This document shows positions 30,750 to 44,628 of a stretch of DNA of 64,000 nt, in pieces. The stretch spans positions 1,860,001 through 1,924,000 of the forward strand of contig OZ024764.1 of the NCBI GenBank assembly GCA_964016885.1, written 5' to 3'. Source of the stretch: Eledone cirrhosa (lineage: Eukaryota). The translations under genes were made by a program, and so were the position numbers. How positions within the stretch are numbered: the first letter of the stretch is position 1; each line of letters starts with the position of its first letter. Under the pieces are notes generated by a model, which saw only the letters and a list, made by a program, of their open reading frames with translations, did no database searches and was not told where the DNA came from.

Positions 30750-31093
30750 ATCATCATCATCATCCTTTCATTTTACGTCCACTTTTCCCTGCTTGCAAGA
30801 GTGGGACGGGACCTGATTCTGGCTTGATTTCTACAGCTGGATGCCCTTCCTAACACCAACCTCATTTACAGTGAGTGCTGGGTGCTTTTTTGCCGTGGCA
30901 CCTCCACGACCACTTTACAGTGGAATGATAGGGACCCCAGTCCCTATCATCTCATTTCTACAGCTGAGTAAACTGGAGCAGAGTGAAATAAAGTGTCTTG
31001 CTCAAGGAAACAACACATCACCTTGTCTGAGAATTGAACTCACAACCTTTCGATTGCAAGCCCAATGCTCTAACCACTAAGCCATGTGCCTCC
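30750..31093 (-). mobile_element. tRNA-derived SINE inserted in a TTAA-flanked MITE (~30600-31127)
   Basis: family match; host ends aaagggTTAA. Confidence 0.8.
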
Positions 31094-31844
31094 ATAGCCA
31101 TGTGCCAGTTTAAATGCTAAAGGGTTAATGTCTTTAAAAAATAATTGCCGCAGGAATGTTATTGGAGAAAGAGAGGAAAATTTAATAAATGAGGATAAAA
31201 AAATCTGAAAAAAATAATGAGGTGGGGGGGGTCCCTTTTTCCCTCCAAAAAGCCCTTTTCTCTCTTTTTCACTCTCTCTCTTTCTCTCACACACTCACTC
31301 TTTCTCTTACATTCTCTCTCTCCCATTCACTCTCTCTCCTCCACCTACCATCAACCCCCCCCCCCCCTCCGATATTTTGGGTGTTGGCAAAACAAAATAC
31401 CGGAACTTAATCAAAATCTGGGATCAGACTTGTGGTGGGGGTGTATTGGGGGTGTGGTCGTGGACAGTTGGTGGGGTGGACAGGAGGGGCTGATAGCAGG
31501 GGTGGAGTGGGGTGTGGTGGTGGTGGTGGACCGGAGGGGCCGATGATGGGGGTGTCGGTGGAGTATTAGTGTTGTTGTTGTTGGTGGTGGTGCTGGTGGT
31601 TAAATGCTAAAGAGTTAAACCTGCCGTACCTGGCCAGAATTCTCTCACCTCTTTCTGTTCAAACCGGCTGTAACTGGCCACTCATACTGATGTTAAGGCA
31701 TTGTTCTCAAAATAAATAATATAAAAATGCCAAGATATAACATAAAATATAATCAAAAAAGAGGGAGAGTCTTATACGAAGGGGCGTCCAATAGGCCAGC
31801 AAATGTGGTATATTGTTGTTGATAATTTAGTGTTTAAAATAATT

Positions 31845-32038
31845 ATTATTTCTACTTTTGGCAGGCACAAGGCCAGCAATTACCCCAGTGTATTACTGGT
31901 ACTTTAGTTTATCTACTCCATAATGCTGAAAGGCAAAGTTAACCTCGGCGGGATTTGAATTCAGACTGTAAAAAGACATAACTTTATTCTGGAAAGCATG
32001 GTGTCTGACCCTCCACTGATACTGCCAATCCACCGCCC
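31845..32038 (-). mobile_element. Nin/Deu-like SINE
   Basis: family match. Confidence 0.75.
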
Positions 32039-33519
32039 TCAACTCTTTAGCATTCAAATTACTCTATATATTTACCTCACATAATATCTCACATAACATT
32101 TACATTACTCTATATATACTATTGTATTGTCACAGTAAAGGCTTTACCTCACATAATATCTCACATAACATTTACATTACTCTATATATACTATTGTATT
32201 GTCACAGTAAAGGCTTTACCTCACATAATATCTCACATAACATTTACATTACTCTATATATACTATTGTATTTTCACAGTAAAGGCTTTACCTCACATAA
32301 TATCTCACATAACATTTACATTACTCTATATATACTATTGTATTGTCACAGTAAAGGCTTTACCTCACATAACATTTACATTACTCTATATATACTATTG
32401 TATTTTCACAGTAAAGGCTTTACCTCACATAATATCTCACATAACATTTACATTACTCTATATATACTATTGTATTGTCACAGTAAAGGCTTTACCTCAC
32501 ATAATATCTCACATAACATTTACATTACTCTATATATACTATTGTATTGTCACAGTAAAGGCTTTACCTCACATAATATCTCACATAACATTTACATTAC
32601 TCTATATATACTATTGTATTGTCACAGTAAAGGCTTTACCTCACATAATATCTCACATAACATTTACATTACTCTATATATACTATTGTATTGTCACAAG
32701 TAAAGGCTTTACCTCACATAATATCTCACATAACATTTACATTACTCTATATATACTATTGTATTGTCACAGTATAGGCTTTACCTCACATAATATCTCA
32801 CATAACATTTACATTACTCTATATATACTATTGTATTTTCACAAGTAAAGGCTTTACCTCACATAATATCTCACATAACATTTACATTACTCTATATATA
32901 CTATTGTATTTTCACAGTAAAGGCTTTACCTCAAATAATATCTCACATAACATTTACATTACTCTATATATACTATTGTATTGTCACAGTAAAGGCTTTA
33001 ACCTCACATAATATCTCACATAACATTTACATTACTCTATATATACTATTGTATTTTCACAGTAAAGGGCTTTACTTCAAATAATATCTCACATAACATT
33101 TACATTACTCTATATATACTATTGTATTGTCACAGTAAAGGCTTTACCTCACATAATATCTCACATAACATTTACATTACTCTATATATACTATTGTATT
33201 GTCACAGTAAAGGCTTTACCTCACATAATATCTCACATAACATTTACATTACTCTATATATACTATTGTATTTGTCACAGTAAAGGCTTTACCTCACATA
33301 ATATCTCACATAACATTTACATTACTCTATATATACTATTGTATTTTCACAGTAAAGGCTTTACCTCACATAATATCTCACATAATATTGAATCTATGAG
33401 ATTTTGAAAGTATTTATTTTGAGAACAATACCTTAACATCAGTATGAGTGGCCAGTTACAGCCAGTTTCAACAGAAAGAGGTGATAGAATTCTGGCCGGT
33501 TTGAACATTAAAGGGTTAA
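32039..33519 (+). mobile_element. piggyBac-like MITE with internal 72-bp expansion
   Basis: left end aactctttagcattc, right end aaagggTTAA; unexpanded copy at 55106-55532, minus copy ~34875-35280. Confidence 0.6.
32057..33387. repeat. 72-bp minisatellite (~18 copies)
   Basis: 24-aa repeat in ORF 32122-32703. Confidence 0.95.
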
Positions 33520-34205
33520 AATATATATATATTGCCACGTAATATGCCATAAAAAATATTGCGGAAGATATTTTGAATTCCGCAAATACGTGATGGTTTC
33601 CAAAAACAATTGTTTGGTAGGTTCTAAGGAACATTCCGTGAATAACCGGGACCACTAATGCTGGAGGTACACTGTGTTGATATATTGACAGTCGATCAAC
33701 TTTCATCAAATCGGACTGAGGAAACAATGTTTCCATTGGTCTTTCCAATTGCTAATACTATCTATCGGTCGCAACTCCAGATATCATCATCATCATCATA
33801 ATCATTTTACGTCCGCTCTTCCCTGCTTGCAAGGGTGGGACGGGTCTTATTCAGCGCAGCATCTCTCCACTCGTCACGGTCCCTTCGTCATCTCCACCGT
33901 GAGCTTCAACGATCTGAGGTGTGTTCTCACCACTTCCATATATATGTATTAATTCAAAGTAGGGTCATCCAGGCCATGGCTTAGTAGTTAGAGCATTGGG
34001 CTTGCCATCGAAAGGTTGTGAGTTCAATTCTCAGACCGGGTGTGATGTGTTGTTTCTTTGAGCAAGACACTTTATTTCATGTTACTCCAGTTTACTCAGC
34101 TGTAGAAAAGATATACCTTGGAGGAGGCCAGCTAAACCACACAGAACAAAGACAATGAAAAAAAACCAACAGAAAGACAGATAGTCCTATCTCTTCAGTT
34201 AACCT

Positions 34206-34256
34206 CTGGAAATTACTACAGTTTCGGTTCATTAAGGTTGATACTCTTCATTCCAG
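34206..34256 (-). ncRNA. Degenerate hammerhead-like motif
   Basis: minus strand: ctggaa TGAAGA..GAAA ctgtag TA atttccag (C3 missing). Confidence 0.35.
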
Positions 34257-35427
34257 TAGACATTGGGATATAACAAAATAGGTAGAGACATGTTATATAC
34301 CTTTAGGGGAGTTACACAAATATAGAGGGTGTAAGGGGTTAGCCAAAGGTGAGAAATAGTAAAACAGAAGGGAAGGACTGTAGTCCAGCTTGTGGACAAA
34401 CGAGGACATTGATATATAATCAACTTTTCCCTCCCCACCAGTTGCTGGCCTTGTGCCTATATTAGAGGCTACGATTATTGTTGTTGTGGGAGATATGTTC
34501 AGCTCTCTCTGAGGTATTCCCCCATCCCCTGGGGAGGGGGGATTTTAACTGTAAAATACTTTGTCTTTGAGACAGCCACAACTCCATGCCCCCTCCACAT
34601 TCCTGAGAGGGGCCCCTGCGTTCAAGATGTAGAAGGTAGATTATCTGGGTGGCACCAGAAATGGTGGAATTCCTCTCTGTTTATCTCACTGTCTGTCTGT
34701 TTATCTGATGGCCTCACTGTCTATATTTCTGTTGGCCTATCTATCTTTCTCTGCAGCTGTTTATGCCTTTGTTTGCTTGTCAATATGTATGTAGGGCAGA
34801 GGAACTCAGGAGTGTCAACGGCCACCCAATGAAGTAGATTTTTTTTCTGTAGAGCGAGAGACCCTTAGTCTTCATTAATCTTTTAATGTTCAAACAGGCC
34901 AGAATTCTATCACCTCTTTCTGTTGAAACTGGCTGTAACTGGTCGCTCAAACTGATGTTAAGGTATTGTTCTCAAAATAAATACTTTTAAAACCTCATAG
35001 ATTCGATATTATGTGAGATAATTATGTGAGATAAAGCCTTTACTGTGAAAATATAATAGTAGTATATAGAGTAATGTAAATGTTATGTAAGATATTATGT
35101 GAGGTAAAGCCTTTACTGTGACAATACAATAGTATATATAGAGTAATGTAAATGTTGTGTGAGATATTATGTGAGGTAAAGACTTTACTGTGAAAATACA
35201 ATAGTATATATAGAGTAATGTAAATGTTATGTGAGGTAAAGCCTTTACTGTGAAAATACAATAGTATATATATAGAGTAATAGGCCTTGGGTGTGCTACA
35301 GATTGATATTCTGTTTTAAGTTCCGAGACATCTATGATCTGTAGTAAACAGCTGATGAAGGGATACTTTTCTTCTCTTGTTTATGTCCCGTTTACCTTCT
35401 AACACTTTGTTTTCACTTGCATATATA

Positions 35428-35642
35428 TCATCATCATCATTTTACATCCTCTTTTCCCTGCTTGCAAGGGTGAGACAGGTCCTATTCAGCAGCACAGCAT
35501 CTCTCCATTTGTCACGGTCCTTTGTCATCTCCACCGTGAGCTTCAGAGATCTGAGGTCTGCTCTCACCACCTCCGCACATGTTTTTCGTGGTCTTCCTCT
35601 ACTACGTCTTCCTTCTACTGGGATTTCTTGGCACTTCTTCAC
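35428..35642 (-). mobile_element. RTE LINE 3' end (related copy at ~33783-33940)
   Basis: KKCQEIPVEGRRSRGRPRKT..DRDKWRDAV; (GAT)n tail. Confidence 0.8.
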
Positions 35643-35660
35643 CCATATATATATATATAT

Positions 35661-35692
<32 letters not shown>

Positions 35693-35984
35693 TTTACGTC
35701 CGCTTTTCCCTGCTTGCAAGGGTGGGACGGGAACTGATCCTGGCTTGATTTCTACAGCTGGATGCCCTTCCTAACCAACCTCATTTACAGTGAGTGCTGG
35801 GTGCTTTTTTGCCATGGCACCTCCACGACCACTTTGCAGTGGAATGATAGGGACCCCAGTCCCTATCATCTCATTTCTACAGCTGAGTAAACTGGAGCAA
35901 TGTGAAATAAAGTGTCTTGCTCAAGGAAACAACACATCACCCGGTCTGAGAATTGAACTCACAACCTTTCGATTGCAAGGCCAA
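35661..35984 (-). mobile_element. tRNA-derived SINE
   Basis: family match to 14299-14640. Confidence 0.8.
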
Positions 35985-36248
35985 TAGGGAAGCAGAAAAT
36001 TGCTTTTTGTGATCCAGTTCTTGGTTAGAAAGCCAGTTTCATGGATGGTTTCAACGTACGGTTAGGGGTAACTCCACAAGTTTGTAAGAATTCCGTTCAA
36101 TCTTGGAGTATAAAGTATAAAAGGGAAAACACAGGTAAGCATTAAGAGAAGGATTTTAATCCTTCTCTTAATGCTTACCTGTGTTTTCTCTTTTATATAT
36201 ATATATATAGAATTCACAAGAATCAAAGCTATGTTCAAAGCATTTATT

Positions 36249-36295
36249 CACTTACAATTGTTTCATCCAAACCTAGGCTTGGAGTCTTTGGAGTA
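36249..36295 (-). ncRNA. Degenerate hammerhead-like motif
   Basis: minus strand: tact CCAAAGA ctccaa-gcctaggt-ttggat GAAA caattg TA agtg AATAAA. Confidence 0.4.
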
Positions 36296-36464
36296 TTTTT
36301 CAATGTTTGTACACATAATTGACGTCCTTTCCAAACAAGAGACTTACAGATACTGACCTTCACTGTTTAGGGTTTAAAATATACATAACTATAAAAAGTT
36401 TTAATATATACATAAGTATCCCTAATATTATATATATATATATATGTAATTCTAAAATCTGTCT

Positions 36465-36705
36465 TAAGCCAGAAGGCTCATTTGTGTGAAGTGACTGAGA
36501 GTACAAGACTTCCCCCCTGGACAGGACACCAGTCCATCACAGGGTTAAACTTCCAGCTATTACTGGTGCTCATTTACAGCTGAGTATACTGGAGCAACGT
36601 GAAATGAAGTGTTTTGCTCAAGAACACAACACACAATCCACGAATCGAACCCACGACATTATGATCGTAAGTCCAACACCCTTACCACTAGGCCATGTAC
36701 TTCCA
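36465..36705 (-). mobile_element. tRNA-derived SINE (distinct family)
   Basis: minus-strand tRNA head (ggttcgattc) plus tcttgagcaaaacactt. Confidence 0.65.
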
Positions 36706-36724
36706 CACATATATATATATTTAT

Positions 36725-37178
36725 ATCCTGAAAATCCGCCTCTTCATTGCTGTAGTGGAGTCTGTGCTGCTGTATGGGTCTGAGACTTGAACACTGACCA
36801 AGAAACTCACTCAGATGGTGGATGGGTGCTACACGAGAATGCTGAGGATGGCTCTGAACATTAATCAGTATACACTGAGGATGAAAAACTCAGAGCTGTA
36901 TGGGAGCATCCCAAAAGTCAGCTCAAAAGTGACACAGAGGAGACTGAGGTTGGCTGGACATGCTCACCGACATCCAGAGTTGACATTGCACTCAGTGCTC
37001 CTGCGGGAGCCCCTACATGGACACACTAGAAGAGGAAGACCAAGGTTAACATATGTTGATGCCCTAAGGACAGACACTGGTCTGTTGGAGATGCAGGATA
37101 TGGCAGCGATAATGAGGGACAGAGACCGCTGGAGAGAACTCGTCCATGGATCTCGGGAATTTTACCCGCCTTAGATAG

Positions 37179-37180
<2 letters not shown>
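36725..37180 (+). mobile_element. RTE-like LINE 3' fragment, (TAGA)n tail
   Basis: ESVLLYGSET..DGCYTRMLRMAL..RRLRLAGHAHRH..RGRP..DRDRWR; near-identical copies at 55137 and 61904. Confidence 0.85.
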
Positions 37181-37232
<52 letters not shown>

Positions 37233-37531
37233 ATATAATCACATATATTTCTTATTTGTTTGACCCGAATTACTTGATCGTTTTTTTTTGGCTATGCGAA
37301 TGATTGTTTAACCATCGTCTCAGTGTGTTTGGCCTTTAACGTTTGTTATAGCTCTGATTCATCTGAATCATTGAGCAAATGCCTCACATCTCGGAGGTTG
37401 TTTTTCGTTATTTCGTGGGCCGAAATGCGATTCTCGATAATTTATATTTGTATTTTTATGTATATATATATATAGGTATATATGTGTGTGTGTGTATATA
37501 TATATATATGTATTATTATAATTAGTATAAT

Positions 37532-37722
37532 AGGGCGGTGGATTGGCAGTATCGGTAGAAGGTCGGACGCCATGCTTTCCAGCATAGTTACGTCCCTTTA
37601 CGATCTGAGTTCAAATCCCGCCGAGGTTGACTTTGCCTTTCATCCTTACGGGGTCGATAAAATAAAGTACCAGTAATGCACTGGGTTATTGCTGGCCTTG
37701 TGCCTAAAGTAGAAACAATTAT
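37532..37722 (+). mobile_element. Full-length Nin/Deu-like SINE
   Basis: tRNA-like head plus conserved central domain. Confidence 0.8.
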
Positions 37723-37819
37723 AATTAGTATTTTTCAATCTAGCTAACTTAGTCTTTTACAATACAAACACGGATATGTTGGTATTTGTGTTTATCAAAT
37801 ATATTAATTTATATTAACT

Positions 37820-37864
<45 letters not shown>

Positions 37865-38486
37865 ATTTCCCACTCTGTCCTCTCAGCCATTTTAATTCTT
37901 TATCTTTCCTTATCACCCAACCATACTTTTCCTGTTTATAAACCCCACACCACCACAGCCACCACTACTACACCACCACTACATAACTAACCTTATTACA
38001 GGACAATCAGTTCATTGAGTGCAGTGTTATTGTTGTTGTTGGTTTTGGTGATGTTGGTGGTGGTGGTGGTGTTGGTGGTGTTGGTGGTCTAGGTGGAGCT
38101 GTTGCTGTTATTGTTAGTGTTAGTGTTGTTGGAGGTGGGGGTGTTGTTTGTGAGGGTGTTGGTGGTCGTGGTGTTGGTGTTGGTGGTGGAGGTGTTGTTA
38201 GTGTTGGTGTTGTTGTTGTTGGTCATGGTACTTTCTTCAGCTAGATTCCCTTCCTGTCAGCAACTATTTTACAGAGTGTACTGGGTGTATTGTTGGTGAG
38301 GCCACCAGCTGTAGAATAGCTGTCAAAGGGTTGGGAAGACCTTTTGGCTGTGTCAACCTTACATTTATATATATATACACATATACATCCATATATTTAT
38401 ATACATACACACATACATAAACACCTACACACATGGATTCTTCATTAAGATATGTTATCAGTATAGTAATTACAGTTATACACACA

Positions 38487-38540
<54 letters not shown>

Positions 38541-38769
38541 GTATGTTTATATGTAGCTGTGTATATATGTATATATGTTACTCTGTCTATATGTATATAT
38601 ATGTGTGTTTGTGTGTGTGCATGTATATATATGTGCGTATGTATATATATATAAATGTAAGGTTGTCACTGGACCGAGACCTTTGGCGGTACTCAGTAAT
38701 AGAGAAGACCCGCCTTACCTAAATACAAAGTAAAAACCTACTACAGTCAGTAGGCATCTCTATCAAAAC

Positions 38770-39228
38770 ACACCCCCGTCCCACCACCTCCACCCCATCC
38801 ACACCGCCCCTTTCAATGTAAAGTTATGTTGGTCCCACAACATCCAGGCCGAAACAAATGAGATCGTGTAGGTGTCACGACAAAATACACACAGTCCACG
38901 CTGTAAATGTGGCTGTGTAGGCAACACGGTAAAAACCTCCCAGCCCCACACTGTAAATGTGGTTGGTGTTAGGAAGGGCATCCAGCTGTAGAAAACCCGC
39001 CAGACAGTCCACGCTGTAATGTGACCGTGTAGGCAACACGGTAAAAACCTCCCAGCCCCACACTGTAAATATGGTTGGTGTTAGGAAGGGCATCCAACTG
39101 TAGAAAACCCGCCAGACAGTCCTATGCGAGCAAGACAACCACTCTTGCCTCAAGTGGGAAAACCCCCGTCCAAACCCATGCAAGCGTGGAACACGGACGC
39201 TAAACCTGATGATGATGATGATGATGAT
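38770..39228 (+). mobile_element. (GAT)n-tailed SINE with ~110-bp internal duplication
   Basis: acagtccacgctgtaa..tagaaaacccgccag occurs twice. Confidence 0.7.
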
Positions 39229-39311
39229 ATAGACCCACTTCCTGCTATATCAATCATTAACCTAATATACTGTACTGATTGTGTTGTTATTTCTGTTTAC
39301 CTTTTACATAA

Positions 39312-39384
<73 letters not shown>

Positions 39385-39496
39385 ATAAGACCCATCCCAC
39401 CCTTGCAAGCAGGGAAAAGCGGACGTAAAATGATGATGATGATGATATATGCAAAAGAAACCAAAGAACGCTTACATACTCAAACAGTTTTTATTT

Positions 39497-39541
39497 GCTT
39501 ACAATGTTTCATCCATACCGTTTGGCAGGAATCATCAGAGC
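39497..39541 (-). ncRNA. Type I hammerhead ribozyme
   Basis: minus strand: gct CTGATGA ttcctgcc-aaac-ggtatggat GAAA cattg TA agc. Confidence 0.7.
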
Positions 39542-39910
39542 TTAATAAACACAGTGCTGAGTAAAAGCTCCACCAAGCTTAGTCACATGAACAATTAGAA
39601 TACAATAGAGGGTAAAGATAGGGAGATTGGAGATGGCGAACAAGGAGGGAGTACATGTTGGGGTTGTTAAGCACCACAGCTAAATGTTAGGGCACAAGCA
39701 GATTTCACATACAATTGATGGCACGCAAAAGCAAAAAATACAAAAAATACAAGAAATGGTTAAAACATAATAAAAAAAATATAATAATAATAAAATAATA
39801 AAAAAATGTATTATTATAAAATAATTAAAAAAATGTATCGGAAGAGCTTATACTCAGCACTGTGTTTATTAAGCTCTGATGATTCCTGCCCAACGGTATG
39901 GATGAAACAT

Positions 39911-40313
39911 AGACAATATGCCCCCACACCCTCCCACTGCAAAATGGTCGTGGAGGAGCCACGGCAAAAAAAGCACCCAGCCCACACTGAAAAGTGGTCG
40001 TGGAGGTGCCACGGCAAAAAAAGCACCCAGACTACACTGTAAAGTGGACGTGTAGGTGCCACGGCAAAAAAAGCACCCAGCCCACACTGCAAAGTGGTCG
40101 TGGAGGTGCCACGGCAAAAAAGCACCCAGCACTCACTGTAAATGAGGTTGGTGTTAGGAAGGGCATCCAGCTGTAGAAATCAAGCCAAATCAGTTCCCAT
40201 ATGAGCAAGACAAGGTCAGCCGACCAGGCACTGCTCACAACAGGACAACCCGTCTAACCCATGCTAACATGGAAGAACGGACGTAAAACGGTGATGATGA
40301 TGATGATGATGAT
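39911..40313 (+). mobile_element. SINE inserted into helix III of a hammerhead (39873..40320)
   Basis: GAAAcat|SINE|tgTAagc. Confidence 0.75.
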
Positions 40314-40640
40314 TGTAAGCAAATAAAAACTGTTTGAGTATGTAAGCGTTCTTTGGTTTCTTTTGCATATAACGGCTCTGTTCCTGTACATTGAGCTAAC
40401 ACAATACTGTCATAATACAACACTGTGCATGTGTGTTTATGCACATATGCTCCGTGCTATACGTAAATATATATAATGTAGGAGGTGAGTTTTATTGTAG
40501 TACAATAAAGCAATGCAGATATCGGATAAGAAGCACTCTACAGTTTGTAGGACTGGAGTATACATAATATATAAGAACAAAAGATGGTTAAAACTGAACT
40601 ATCCACAAGTGTTTTTTAAACTTCATATCATGTCTTCCTG

Positions 40641-40707
40641 TTTTATCTGATGAAAACACAAATATTATTGCATGATGATATTTGTTTTTGAAATGCGCAT
40701 AATAAAA
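40641..40707 (+). ncRNA. Type I hammerhead ribozyme
   Basis: ttttat CTGATGA aaacacaaatattat..atgatatttgttttt GAAA tgcgca TA ataaaa. Confidence 0.8.
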
Positions 40708-40793
40708 TACATGGAACTCTTTTAACCATCTTTTGTTCTTATATATATATATATATATATAGTTATATATGTGTGTGTGTGTGTGTGTATATA

Positions 40794-40856
<63 letters not shown>

Positions 40857-40905
40857 ATATATATATATGTATGTGTGTGTATATATATATATGTGTGTGT
40901 GTGTG

Positions 40906-40956
<51 letters not shown>

Positions 40957-41271
40957 ATATATATATATGTACGTGTATATATATATATGTGTGCGTGTGT
41001 GTGTATATATATGTGTGTGTGTGTATATATATGTGTGTGTGTGTATATATATATGTGTGTGTGTGTGTATATATATGTGTGTGTGTATATATATATATGT
41101 GTGTGTGTATATATATATATATGTGTGTGTGTATATATATATATATGTGTGTGTGTATATATATATGTGTGTGTGTGTGTGTATATATATATATGTGTGT
41201 GTATATATATATGTGTGTATGTGTGTATATATATATATATATATGTGTCTGTGTGTATATATATATGTGTG

Positions 41272-41316
<45 letters not shown>

Positions 41317-41319
41317 GTG

Positions 41320-41358
<39 letters not shown>

Positions 41359-41549
41359 ATATATATATATCTGTATATATGTGTTTGTGTATTGAGAGTG
41401 ACCTCACTCCCAGCAGCTGGTCATTGAAAAAGGGGAGTTGTGTTGGTGGGGTAGGGGGGGACTAGGGTGAGATAGGGGTGGCCCTTATCTTGGCTGGGTC
41501 CTTAGATACCAGACAATATATGGGAAACACTGGCTGGTGAAAAGACAAA

Positions 41550-41970
41550 TATCATCATCACCACCACCATCATCACCATTATCATCATTACAATCACCAT
41601 CATCACCATCACCACCACCACCACCATCACCACCACCACCACCACCATCATCACCAACATCACCACCACCACCACCATCACCACCACCATCACCACCACC
41701 ACCACCACCACCATCACCACCACCACCATCACCACCACCACCATCACCACCACCACCACCACCACCACCACCACCACCAGCATCACCAACATCTCCACAC
41801 CACCACCACCACCATCACCACCACCACCACCACCATCATCACCAACATCACCACCACCACCACCATCACCACCACCATCACCACCACCACCATCAACACC
41901 ATCACCACCACCACCACCACCACCACCACCAGCATCACCACCACCACCACCACCACCACCACCACCACCA
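41550..41970. repeat. (CAC/CAT)n trinucleotide repeat
   Basis: direct reading. Confidence 0.9.
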
Positions 41971-42219
41971 TGTACATATCAAATTAAAAAATTACAAAGC
42001 CCCCCTCCACCCCACATCTCTCTACACCACCCCAGTCACCCACCCACCCACCTGTCTATTCACCCCCACATCATTAACCCCCCCCCCCAGCCACCCTCCC
42101 CCATCGTAACCTACCTGGGAGCCAATCAAAGTGGCCCTCTATGTGGTAGCATCATTTGCTAGAAACAACAGCCAGATCCTCCTCCTCCAACTTTCACCAT
42201 CCAACCAGACATGGCTGAA

Positions 42220-42775
42220 GGTGGATTGCCAGCATCGGTAGAGCGTCGGCATAGAGTTATGGCCCTTTACGGTCTGAGTTCAAATCCCGGCCAGGTTAAC
42301 TTTTGCCTTTCATCCTTACGGCGGTCGATAAAATAACGTACCAGTAATGCACTGGGGTAATTGCTGGCCTTGTGCGTGGCTGAGTGGTTAGAGGATTGGA
42401 TTCACACTCGTGAGGTTGTGAGTTCGATTCCTGGACCGGGTGATGCGTTATGTCCTTGAGCAAGACACTTTATTTCACCTTGCTCCTTCTACCTGGAGTT
42501 GTGACCTATAGATAGTATTAGCAATTGGAAAGACCAATGGAAACATTGTTTCCTCGGTCCGAATTGACAAAAAGTCATTCAAGTGTCGATATATCATCAT
42601 CATCATCATCAACGTTTAACGTCCGTGTTCCATGCTTGCATGGGTTTGGACGGGGGTTTTCCCACTTGAGGCAAGAGTGGTTGTCTTGCTCGCATAGGAC
42701 TGTCTGGTGGCTTTTCTACGGCTGGATGCCCTTCCTAACACCAACCACATTTACAGTGTGGGGCTGGGAGGTTTT
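42220..42775. mobile_element. Cluster of three SINEs
   Basis: Nin-like 42220-42375 (+), CORE-like 42375-42580 (+), (GAT)n family 42595-42775 (-). Confidence 0.7.
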
Positions 42776-42796
42776 TAAGAAATGGATAAAACTCCC

Positions 42797-42867
42797 TATT
42801 TTATCTGATGAGAACGCAGATATCATCCCATGATGATATTTGTTTTTGAAATGCGCATAATAAAATA
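42797..42867 (+). ncRNA. Type I hammerhead ribozyme
   Basis: tattttat CTGATGA gaacgcagatatcat..atgatatttgttttt GAAA tgcgca TA ataaaata. Confidence 0.85.
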
Positions 42868-42955
42868 CTTGGAACTCTTTTAACCATGTGCCTCCACACA
42901 CACATATATATATATATATTTAACCATATATATATATCTTTTAACCATGTGCCTC

Positions 42956-43076
<121 letters not shown>

Positions 43077-43427
43077 AGGTACATGGCTTAGTGGTTAGAG
43101 CATTGGCTTTGCAATCGAAAAGTTGTGAGTTCAATTCTCAGACCAAGTGATGTGTTGTTTATTTGAGCAAGGCACTTTATTTCATATTGCTCCAGTTCAC
43201 TCAGCTGTAGAAATGTGGTCGTGGAGGTGCCACGGCAAAAAAACACCCAGCCCACACTGTAAAGTGGTCATGTAGGCGCCACAGAAAAAAAGCACCCAGC
43301 ACTCACTGTAAATGAGGTTGGTGTTAGGAAGGGCATCCAGCTGTAGAAATCAAGCCAGCATCGGTTCCCGTCCCACCCTTGCAAGCAGGGAAAAGCGGAC
43401 GTAAAATGAAATGATGATGAATGATGA
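43077..43427 (+). mobile_element. tRNA-derived SINE
   Basis: family match. Confidence 0.8.
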
Positions 43428-43494
43428 TATATATATATATATATATATACAATGATATTAAATAAATGGAAACTATATTTATAAAACCATATTT

Positions 43495-43553
43495 ATTGTA
43501 TTATATATATTTCAAGGGTACCAAAACTTTGGTACGCTCTCATCAGATAAAAT
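43495..43553 (-). ncRNA. Type I hammerhead ribozyme (inverted partner of 43673-43731)
   Basis: reverse complement with one helix I mismatch. Confidence 0.7.
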
Positions 43554-43672
43554 ACAAAGTTTGTTTTATAAATTTTGACATAACCAAGAAAAGATACCTT
43601 AAGTTTTCCTTGGATAGTGAACCGTTAAGGTTTTTTTCTTGGTTATGTCAAAATTTATAAAACAAACTTTGT

Positions 43673-43731
43673 ATTTTATCTGATGAGAGCGTACCAAAGT
43701 TTTGGTACCCTTGAAATATATATAATAGAAT
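43673..43731 (+). ncRNA. Type I hammerhead ribozyme
   Basis: attttat CTGATGA gagcgtaccaaa-g-ttttggtaccctt GAAA tatata TA atagaat. Confidence 0.85.
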
Positions 43732-43886
43732 AAATATGGTTTTATAAATATAGTTTCCATTTATTTAATATCATTGAATATTATACTCCAGAAAATTCAG
43801 TTGAGTGCTCTGAATCAGTTATAAACATTTATATTTGTTGAATTATCAACAAATTGAATATCTCTTTTGCTTATATATATATATAT

Positions 43887-44058
43887 AATTGTTTCTACTT
43901 TTGGCACAAGGCCAGCAATTACCCCAGTGTATTACTGGTACTTTATTTTATCGACCCCGTAAGGATGAAAGGCAAAGTTAACCTGGGCAGGATTTGAACT
44001 CAGAACGTAAAGGGCCATAACTCTAAACATGGTGTCTGAGCTCTACCGATGCTGCCAA
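43887..44058 (-). mobile_element. Nin/Deu-like SINE
   Basis: family match. Confidence 0.75.
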
Positions 44059-44167
44059 TTAATAAAGAACACAGTGTCTGTTTATAAGACAGGATGGTCA
44101 CAGTTGGAACATCTTTGATCATCATAGGTCTGCTGGATCAGGGCTGACCTGGGGTTAAACAAGGAAG

Positions 44168-44628
44168 GACACATTAGATAATGTAGTCCTAGGTACACTG
44201 TGTCTGTATATAAGACAGGACACATTAGATAATGTAGTCCTAGATACACTGTGTCTGTATATAAGACAGGACACATTAGATAATGTAGTCCTAGGTACAC
44301 TGTGTCTGTATATAAGACAGGACACATTAGATAATGTAGTCCTAGGTACACTGTGTCTGTATATAAGACAGGACACATTAGATAATGTAGTCCTAGGTAC
44401 ACTGTGTCTGTATATAAGACAGGACACATTAGATAATGTAGTCCTAGGTACACTGTGTCTGTATATAAGACAGGACACATTAGATAATGTAGTCCTAGGT
44501 ACACTGTGTCTGTATATAAGACAGGACACATTAGATAATGTAGTCCTAGATACACTGTGTCTGTATATAAGACAGGACACATTAGATAATGTAGTCCTAG
44601 ATACACTGTGTCTGCATATATGACAGGA
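44168..44628. repeat. 51-bp minisatellite (~9 copies)
   Basis: unit ggacacattagataatgtagtcctaggtacactgtgtctgtatataagaca. Confidence 0.95.

Noticed and set aside
41537-42109. Pro/His-rich 190-aa ORF
   Set aside because: Pure (CAC/CAT)n repeat; no evidence beyond openness.
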